A DNA stretch of 63,918 nt, counting the filler, from Octopus bimaculoides (lineage: Eukaryota): assembly GCF_001194135.2 (NCBI RefSeq). It is 5 parts of 5 records of this genome, joined end to end, with 100 filler letters (N's around TTAATTAATTAA, not from the genome) between each part and the next. Parts side by side here need not be neighbours in the genome. Positions count along the whole stretch, not along the records: positions 35,298 to 58,704 come from NC_068996.1; positions 58,805 to 61,342 come from NW_026377955.1; positions 61,443 to 63,918 come from NC_068984.1; 2 more parts are not named here. One strand, 5' to 3'. A program made the position numbers and the translations under genes. Positions 55,050-63,918 of this stretch are shown piece by piece (position 1 is the stretch's first letter; each line of letters begins with the position of its first letter). The notes beneath the pieces are model-generated. The model searched no databases and was not told where the DNA came from. It worked only from the letters and a program-made list of their open reading frames with translations.

Positions 55050-55144
55050 NNNNNNNNNNNNNNNNNNNNNTATATATGTATATACTTAACTTATATACTT
55101 ATATATGTATATATATATATATATACATGTGTGTGTGTGTGTAT

Positions 55145-55182
<38 letters not shown>

Positions 55183-55328
55183 TTTTCAGTGACACTGAAT
55201 ATGTTTCACATTCGACAAACGTCAGGAATTCATCGGTTCACAGCGTACATGTGTGTAATTTATATGCATGTGTATATGCATATATATGTACAAGCATAAA
55301 TATATACATACATACATATATAAAGATA

Positions 55329-55369
<41 letters not shown>

Positions 55370-55850
55370 GATATATGCTTACATTTATGTGTGTATGTGT
55401 GTGTGAGTGCATGTGTGTGTTTACAAATATACACACATATATGGAAGTGTCTCTTTCTCTGTCCTTTTTTTCTCTGTATGCATGAGGGTTAGTGTAATAT
55501 ATGTATATGTGTACTTGTATATATGTATGTGCATGCTCACACACACACACACACACACACGCACATGCATACACTTAAATATTTGTATACACACACACCT
55601 ATATATTTGAATACATATATATATACACATACATACATATATATGTATGTGTGTGTATGTATGTATGTATGTATGTATATATATATATATGCATATATAT
55701 ATATATATATACATACATACATACATACATACATACAAACATACATACATACACAAAAACAGTTCACAAATGAGATCCAGAGATTCCCAATTGAATCTTT
55801 GAGCACTACTAAGTATCTTATATATATACAAATATATACACACTTACATA
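53450..55850. repeat. Dense (TA)n/(TG)n/(TACA)n microsatellite field
   Basis: Direct reading. Similar fields occur at about 980-1330, 3980-4070, 18130-18245, 18860-18960, 45850-46275 and 47880-48220. Confidence 0.95.
54247..54503. mobile_element. Possible pogo/Tigger-like MITE
   Basis: Inverted ends taatacctca / tgaggcatta and repeated tttacgagttt motifs. Confidence 0.4.
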
Positions 55851-56409
55851 GCAGAAACAGCTGTAAGCTAATGAAGTGCATAACTTAACGATCGTTTTCC
55901 TTTGACATCCTTTTTTCTTAAAAATGTACATATATATATATATAATACATGCATATATATTTGTATAGTGAATTTAAATTAAATTGACATAGCTTGGATT
56001 TAGAACTTCATATTTACGCTGATCTCTTGAAAGAGAATAATGCGAAAGGTTTTTCTTTTTTAACTGATATTCATAACGGGAAAGAAAACGAATACATATA
56101 GGAAAAATTCGAAGTTCTGGATTTGGTTCATAATTTACTTAATTACTTTATTTTACAGGTGTTTAAGTGAAGATAATGCGCAAATAATGCAATTCAGTAT
56201 AGGTACTTTATATAGGTCTTCACTTCGTCAGAGGTTCGTAGCGAATGAATTAGTACCAGTCTCTGACGATATGAAGATGTACAAAATCTTACTTGAACTG
56301 GAGAGCATATGTTGGCCAATATATTCTTTGAAACATGTCCAATGGTGGAACATATGATGTCTACTGGAGGTATAGGTTCGGGTATCACAGACAGTTTCCG
56401 ACTATACTC

Positions 56410-56713
56410 TTATTCTTTACTTGTTTCAGTCATTTGACTGCTGCCATGCTGGAGCACCGCCTTTAGTCGACCAAATCGACCCCAGGACTTATTCTTTGTA
56501 AGCCTAGTACTTATTCTATCGGTCTCTTTTGCTGAACCACTAAGTTACGGGGACGTAAACACACCAGCATCGGTTGTCAAGCGATATTGGGGGAACAAAC
56601 ACAGACACACAAACACACACATACACACATACATATACATATATACGACAGGCTTCTTTCAGTTTCCGTTAACCAAATCCACTCACAAGGCTTTGGTCGG
56701 CCCGAGGCTATAG
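56410..56713 (-). mobile_element. SINE family A, well-conserved copy
   Basis: Close reverse complement of 9478-9905; ends in a gap. Confidence 0.85.
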
Positions 56714-57201
56714 TNNNNNNNNNNNNNNNNNNNNNNNNNNNNNNNNNNNNNNNNNNNNNNNNNNNNNNNNNNNNNNNNNNNNNNNNNNNNNNNNNNNNNN
56801 NNNNNNNNNNNNNNNNNNNNNNNNNNNNNNNNNNNNNNNNNNNNNNNNNNNNNNNNNNNNNNNNNNNNNNNNNNNNNNNNNNNNNNNNNNNNNNNNNNNN
56901 NNNNNNNNNNNNNNNNNNNNNNNNNNNNNNNNNNNNNNNNNNNNNNNNNNNNNNNNNNNNNNNNNNNNNNNNNNNNNNNNNNNNNNNNNNNNNNNNNNNN
57001 NNNNNNNNNNNNNNNNNNNNNNNNNNNNNNNNNNNNNNNNNNNNNNNNNNNNNNNNNNNNNNNNNNNNNNNNNNNNNNNNNNNNNNNNNNNNNNNNNNNN
57101 NNNNNNNNNNNNNNNNNNNNNNNNNNNNNNNNNNNNNNNNNNNNNNNNNNNNNNNNNNNNNNNNNNNNNNNNNNNNNNNNNNNNNNNNNNNNNNNNNNNN
57201 N

Positions 57202-57272
<71 letters not shown>

Positions 57273-57626
57273 TTTTGCGTCATTCGAAGGTTGACTGCAC
57301 TGATCTCAAGCTTCTACCTCTTTTATCTCTTTTTAGGTAGTCCCTGCCGATATCACTATCCCTGTGGAGATTTCCAGTTGACGTCAGTATCTTGCGGGTT
57401 TTAACGTCTATAGATTGGCTTTCTTCTACAGACCAATCAAGTATACTAAATGTTGGAATCAGTCCATTATGTGATATTGTCTTATTGTAAAAGAGTTGAG
57501 AACCTATTACTGAAAAAGGAAGTAATGATAATAAGATAAAGGAGGCCTGTTAATGGGGAAATCAAGAGCTACTTTAGAAATAATACATTTCGAAATCTTT
57601 CAGAGAGATTTATGCAGTAGTGATAC

Positions 57627-58016
57627 GATGAAGTAGTTGTATGCTGCCAACTTAATGTGAGAGTCCCCTGAAGGGAACAATACTACTGTTGGTTAGACCT
57701 AGGAAGCTGCACCGCTTCCTGTCGGCCTTGACACATTTCCAGTGTCCTTATGTTTACAAGGGGCAGACAAACACCTCCACCCAGCTAAGCCTGCATCCAG
57801 GGACATGTTTCTGATGACAAGCAAAGACACAGAAACGTGTCTCTGTATGCAGACTTAGCTGGGTGGAGGTGCTTGTCTACCCATTGTAATCATAAGGACA
57901 CAGGAAATGTGTCAAGGCCGACAGGAAGCAGTGCAGCTTCCTAGGTCTAATCAACAGTAGTATTGTTCCCTTCGGGGGACTGTCAAATTAAGTTGACAGC
58001 ATACAACTACTTCATC
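57627..58016. repeat. 390-bp palindrome (187-bp arms, 16-nt loop), fold-back/MITE-like
   Basis: Manual comparison gave 15 mismatches in 187 bp and no indels. Confidence 0.9.
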
Positions 58017-58489
58017 AAGAGCTAGTGTTCATGAGATATCGTTAAGACACACAGAGAGAAACGTCTCAAACGGGTATAGATAGATGGTACGCAATATTCG
58101 CTTTGCATACAAAGCATTAACTGTGGTTTATAACTTCAAAATATGTGTATTACTTTGATGCAGGTAGAACTGTTTAAAGTTATCATGTAATATTACACAA
58201 CAAATAGTTGTTGACAGAAATAGCCAAGTTGATATAAAACAGGTTAGACTTGTAGAAAGAAATCTAATATGAATAAAAGACAAAGAAAATACAAGAAACT
58301 CACTAGAAACATAATGTTTCTTTCAGTTTCGGAAACAAACACATGCATATACAAATGCATACAAGTACAAAAACATTTGCAGGAATATGTCCAAAATATC
58401 CTATTGTTTACAAGTGGGCGTAACTGAATTATTACAAGTGGTTCGCTACTAGAAAGAACTGTACAGTTCCTAATATTTGTGATCTTTCA

Positions 58490-58695
58490 AGGCGGTGAGT
58501 TGGCAGAAACGTTAGCACGCCGGGCGAAATGCTTAGCCGTATTTCGTCTGTCTTTATGTTCTGAGTTCAAATTCCGCAGAGGTCGATTTTTGCCTTTCAA
58601 CTTTCCGAGGTCGACAAATTATGTACCAGTTGCGTACTGGGGTCGATCCAATCGTCTGGCTCCAAAATTTCGGGCCTTGTGCCTAGAGTAGAAAA
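58490..58695 (+). mobile_element. SINE family B, near full length
   Basis: ggcggtgagttggcagaaacgttagc...gagttcaaattccg...gggccttgtgcctagagtagaaa. Confidence 0.85.
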
Positions 58696-59509
58696 TACTA
58701 TTTGNNNNNNNNNNNNNNNNNNNNNNNNNNNNNNNNNNNNNNNNNNNNTTAATTAATTAANNNNNNNNNNNNNNNNNNNNNNNNNNNNNNNNNNNNNNNN
58801 NNNNTGGCCCCAAAAATCTAAGCTAAGAGCATTAAATATTTTGGGAGAAAGCAAACGAATGTGTACGACAACGAAGAAAAAAAAAACAAAACAAAAAAAA
58901 AACCCAAAAGGAGAAAATGTTACTCAATTACTAATACAAATAACAAGGAAATGACAACAGGTGTCTTTCGGACAAACAGACGAATCAAGCTGAGCTGGCG
59001 TGTGTGCAGTGAAAGCCTCGAGGCAGGAACGTAGGAGATGAACATAGGAGATGAAAGTCAGAAGACAGCAATAAGAGATGCTTCGTGTCTGGCAATCGAG
59101 CCAAGAAAGTAAGATCATGCTTGGCCGAACACCGATCCCTTGGAAGGAAAGGAGAGAGGTAGGGGCAGAGGGACTGAAGAATTGGGGGAGAGAACGAGAA
59201 AGAATGAAGAAAAATGGAACAGACATAGAAAAGGTACAAGGGAGATAAACGATGAAAAATAGGTAGATTAAAGAAAGAGAAGGCTAAGAAATGTGAGAGA
59301 GGGGGAGCAAGAAAAAAAAAAGGAGGAAAGAAAGAATCAAGTATGAAGAAAGAAAAAAGAAGAAAATATGAGGGTGACTAAAAGGAGTAAAATGTCATAC
59401 AGAATTTAGATACATACTTGCAAGGTGAGCACGAAATCAAATATTATCATAGTCAACTAGTGATAATGTGATAATGTTACAATTTCATGTTATCGTAATA
59501 AGTTTTCAT

Positions 59510-59805
59510 TCAATCTTAGTCGGCGGAAGGATATTCTGTAAATAGGGGCCCACAGCTTTTTAATATTCTCCAAAAGAGCCTGAGGAATCTGCACAAAGTA
59601 GATGTAGGAGTTTTTAAATCAAAGCTGGACCTCTTCCTATCGAGAGTCCCAAATGAACCTACCTCGCGGCAGGAGGTGCAAATGAGGGTTGCTAAATCAA
59701 ACTCCATTCTTCACCAAGTGCCACATATTGTAAGAGGCTCCCTGTAATAACAGTGTAGCAACATGGTGGTGCATCAGCATGGCCGCAGCTCTAAGCTGAA
59801 ACTTT
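59510..59805 (+). mobile_element. CR1-clade LINE extreme 3' end with tail
   Basis: RGPQLFNIL..FKSKLDLFLSRVPNEP, followed by the tail ggtgcatcagcatggccgcagctctaagctgaaac and an A-run. Confidence 0.8.
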
Positions 59806-59883
59806 AAAAAAAAAAAAAATGTATATATATATATATATGGGTATGTTCAAAACTTATATAGAAGCATAATAAAACGGGACGCG

Positions 59884-60412
59884 AAATTTTTTTCTCGCGA
59901 GGGTTCCAGATCAAAGTTGTGAACTCATTTGTAACAGCCAATCAGAGTTCACCTTGACTTTGTTGTCAAGTTAACCAACACACTCTACCAAGTAAACTCA
60001 AGACGAAGAACGGTGTTGTAAACCGACCGATCGCCAAGTGATGCCTGATTTTAGGAGACAATTAGATAGATTTGCATCTGTACCTATTATCGGATTTTGT
60101 TAGGGCCCGATATGGTAAAGATGTGGATGGAAAAAATATGTGTAGAGGGTGATGTGCTAGCAACCCTCTCCCCTTACTGTTTTAAAAAGTTAACAACACA
60201 ACTACGCAGTGGCAGCCATGGTTGAAACAAGAACAAGAACAACACGTATTGTTAAAAGAGAAGCGAAGCATGGTCATTCCTTACCCAAGTGACTTTATCT
60301 TATCGCCCACCATTTTTTATGCGCTCATAAATTAGTTTGCTAGTTGAGATCTGATTGGCTGTATGCAAATGAGTTCATAACTGGGGTCCGGAACTCTCGC
60401 GGGAAGATATTT
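59884..60412. mobile_element. Non-autonomous element with ~63-bp imperfect terminal inverted repeats
   Basis: 59884-59946 is inverted relative to 60350-60412; the interior is non-palindromic. Confidence 0.55.
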
Positions 60413-61441
60413 CACAAACAGTACAAACGGAAAATACACACATTGAATGATGCTAAATACTCGTCAGTTATCATCCAAAGGATCATGAAAATTTAAGATT
60501 GATAGATAGAAAGATATCGTGAGGTGACTTGGTAAGCGTGAAACCTTTGGTGTATATACACAAAGGAATTGAAAAATAAAGATATCAAAATATTTAAAAT
60601 TTTATGTGTGGTCATATGAATAGGCTGAAGCACAAGTGTATGAATATCCATGGATACGAGCATCTATATATGTATTTGTCTTTGCTAAAAGAATGCTTGC
60701 GAACATGCATCTATAATCATGTGTGAGTGTCTAAGTAATATGGATGTGAGATCCATGTATATAAATCTTCCATTTATGCGCATGGAAAAATACATGCGAG
60801 CGTAAATGAAAGTGGGTAACGTTCTGGTTTTGGAGAAATATATCTAAGTTATCGGAGTCAAGAATAACATTTACACTTTGATGTTAATATATTTACTCTG
60901 CTGTTAGAGCAACTCGGAATATCTATGAATGCCTCTTTCTCAAGAACAAACGGTTAGCTGTTATATTTATGGAAGATGGCGCAGCTGGACACAGACATGT
61001 ATTGAATCTAATTGTGAAGCTGATACGGAGCTAATTACCTTGTCAAATTTTCTCGCTCCTCCTTCATCTTCCTGTATTTTTCACGAATGAATATTGTTAG
61101 TAGTAACTGCACACTTCAGATTATTATGAGGGTATTTATTGGGAAAATTGCGAAATCAATCAGCATATCGCTTTCTGTGGCGTTCTTGTGAGATGGTTTC
61201 ATGGTGCACTGTGATGTAATTTTTGCACAGTGCATGGATATAATCGGTAACAGTCGACATGGTCGCGACATGATACGATCAATGAAACAATTGTAAACTA
61301 GCAATATACGTTATCTGCGAACTCCATTCGGCGATGTGTTATNNNNNNNNNNNNNNNNNNNNNNNNNNNNNNNNNNNNNNNNNNNNTTAATTAATTAANN
61401 NNNNNNNNNNNNNNNNNNNNNNNNNNNNNNNNNNNNNNNNN

Positions 61442-62468
61442 NTTTCTGACCAATTTTATTAATTTGTAATTTGTGTGTACATCGACACGTTCTATATGTG
61501 CACTCAACTTGACCGTTATGTTGACATGTGCAAGTATTGCAGTCATCAGCGAATTTCTGCCCAATATTACAAACCCTATGATTGTAAGTACAGGTACATG
61601 GATTTGTAGTGCAGTCTACACGACCATCGATTTTACATGTGCATGTATTGCAGCCGCTTGGAAATCTTTCACCAATTCGGTAGGTATTTCCGTTATAGGT
61701 GCATTTACATGGCTTGTTAGAACACTGGACTGTACTACTAGACAAACATTGGCATTCGTCACATTCACCAAATCTTTTGCCAATATTATAGGTTCGTCCT
61801 TGATATGTACATTGACAGATTCTTGTTGTACAGTTTACTTGACCGTTTATACAACAGCAAGTGTTGCAAGCATCAACGAAATTTTGACCCTCTTGATATT
61901 GTGAATTTTTGTAATAACTCACATCTATCGCTGTTACACTGCACTGTTCCTGTAGTTTGACTAGTGCAAGACTTACAGCTATCATTGAAACTCATTCCAA
62001 CATTGTAGACTTTACCATTATACAGGCACTGACACATTTTATTAGTACACTGAGTATGGCCAGTAGAAAGACATTTACATCTATTACAGTTGTCTTGGAA
62101 TTCTTCACCTTCTTGGTATACCTTTCCCTTGTAAGTACATTGTTTAGTGCAGCCATTGTTGCTACAGTGTACCTGACCACCGTGTTTGCATTCACATGTA
62201 TTACAGTCTTGCTGGATTNNNNNNNNNNCCATTGTTGCTACAGTGTACCTGACCACCGTGTTTGCATTCACATGTATTACAGTCTTGCTGGATTGCTGGA
62301 ATGTCTCTTCTATTCTGTAACGTCTACCTTGATAGATACAAGTAGATCCCTGCCTGTAATCACAACGTAAATTTGTACAGACTGCTTTGCCATATTCCTC
62401 ACATACACATGTGTTGGAGTCGATCTTGAATATTCCTCTATACTTTCTTCCATTATGTGTACATTCGT
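61442..62468 (-). pseudogene. Exon encoding >=8 tandem ~37-aa six-cysteine repeats (pacifastin-like / VWC N-subdomain-like); frameshifted as assembled
   Basis: Acceptor ttctacacAG at 62470-62469. Repeats such as CTYNGNTYRIGERFPSGCNTCTCKIDGRVDCTTNPC fit C-x~16-CNxCxC-x3-G-x3-CT-x3-C. There is an 8-bp tandem duplication (62285-62300), a 2-bp deletion near 61918 and two Cys-to-Ser changes. The 3' end runs into a gap. Confidence 0.8.
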
Positions 62469-62573
62469 CTGTGTAGAAGAGCATCATCTGATAATTCTTT
62501 CAATTTACCACAGCAAAGTTATCTACTGAAAATGAATATTTATTTTGCCAACTAATCTCTCATTGACATAAAA

Positions 62574-62613
<40 letters not shown>

Positions 62614-62937
62614 TCACACAAATCGATGGACATATATAATATTTGTATATGTATGTATGTACATATATATACATGTATGTACTTATATATACATGTGCTG
62701 ATATATATATATATATANNNNNNNNNNNNNNNNNNNNNNNNNNNNNNNNNNNNNNNNNNNNNNNNNNNNNNNNNNNNNNNNNNNNNNNNNNNNNNNNNNN
62801 NNNNNNNNNNNNNNNNNNNNNNNNNNNNNNNNNNNNNNNNNNNNNNNNNNNNNNNNNNNNNNNNNNNNNNNNNNNNNNNNNNNNNNNNNNNNNNNNNNNN
62901 NNNNNNNNNNNNNNNNNNNNNNNNNACTGTACTGAAG

Positions 62938-63629
62938 AGTAAAGTCTATTTGCCAACGTAAAGTGGTTGTCCTGCTGAGAATGATGTTTCTCCTGTTTAG
63001 CCCCAGGGAAACATCTTTCCCAGCTGGTTACCGACACACTTTCTCTCTCCATATACTACGTGCAAGTGAGCTAATGCTCCCCTTCCAATCTTAATGACAT
63101 CTGCAGACCAATGTTTTCTGCGTTCTTTCTCTTCCTCAGTACAGGATAATCGTTGGCCTGATATGGTAGCGCCTCGCCTCCCTCACAGTATATACTTTTA
63201 AAGTGACACACAAACACTGATCTCATAAAGAGAAGAACAACTACGTTTAAATCTCTTTACATTGGCAAATTGATTATACTATCCAGTACTGTTAATACAT
63301 ATTTCTCGCCTAGAGATTTAAAACTAGTTGATTTTCTCTTTACAAGATCAGTAACTGCGTGTCACTTTAAAAGTATATAATTTAAGCGAAGCTAGTCGCT
63401 ACCATCTCTAGCCAGTGATTGCCCTGCACAGAGGAAGGGAAATATATCAGAACCACTGAATTGCAGGTATCGCTAAGGCTGCAGCTGAAGCATAAGCGCC
63501 CTTGCTCACAGTATACGGAAACAGATGATGTGTCGGTAGCCAGCTGGAAAACATGTTTTCCTGGGGCTAAACAGCAGTAACATCGTCCTAAGCAAGAATG
63601 CCACTCTACATTGGCAAATAGACTTTACT
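62938..63629. repeat. Old ~690-bp fold-back (~320-bp diverged arms, ~55-bp spacer)
   Basis: Collinear inverted matches: agtaaagtctatttgcca/tggcaaatagactttact, ctgtttagccccagg/cctggggctaaacag, atggtagcg/cgctaccat, tatacttttaaagtgacac/gtgtcactttaaaagtata, tttaaatctct/agagatttaaa. Confidence 0.85.
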
Positions 63630-63918
63630 ATATATAAAGACGTACGTATATAGATATCAGGTTTTTGTGGGGGGGGGTGCTTGTTATACATAAAAACAGA
63701 TTTAATACAGTCCTCGATTATTCGCTACATGGAAATAAATGGAAGGGATTGATCATGTATAATTTAAATAAATATTCTAAATTCTTTATAGTTATCTTCT
63801 CTACTCAGACAGTATTTCTGTCAATCCTCACAAGTTGTTTTCCTTTTCACTATTTCGCTTAGGTAAAAAGAAAATTGAAACGAGCAATTTATCGGGTATC
63901 GCAACCTGTCTATTACAT

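Noticed and set aside
57811-57845. CTGATGA...GAAAC at the centre of the 390-bp palindrome
   Set aside because: No stem II pairing; the motifs arise from the palindrome arms (tttctg/cagaaa).
62152-62295. 67-bp direct repeat around a 10-N gap within the exon
   Set aside because: Identical sequence on both contig ends; most likely an unmerged overlap rather than an extra repeat unit.

Overview
AT-rich, microsatellite-saturated eukaryotic DNA from a gapped draft assembly. The repeat families (tRNA-derived SINEs, RTE, CR1, Penelope-like elements, Tc1/mariner) resemble those of octopus; the organism call is inference. Most ORFs in the track are simple-repeat or N-gap artefacts. Mobile-element debris dominates: RTE x2 (with a PHD finger inside the RT), CR1 x3, Penelope-like x3, an R4/Dong-like 5' fragment, a Ty3/gypsy fragment, a near-complete DD37D (maT) transposon, other mariner pieces and many SINEs. 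The one clearly host-like coding segment is a minus-strand exon (62468 to about 61442) with at least 8 tandem six-cysteine pacifastin/VWC-like repeats; as assembled it carries two frameshifts. The most notable signals are: (1) type I hammerhead ribozyme motifs behind each of the three Penelope-like fragments, one apparently intact (23134-23235) and one placed directly downstream of a tRNA-like Pol III promoter (19300-19500); (2) several long fold-back palindromes not shown by the ORF track (57627-58016, 62938-63629, 59884-60412, 26887-27918), three of them around the cysteine-repeat exon.
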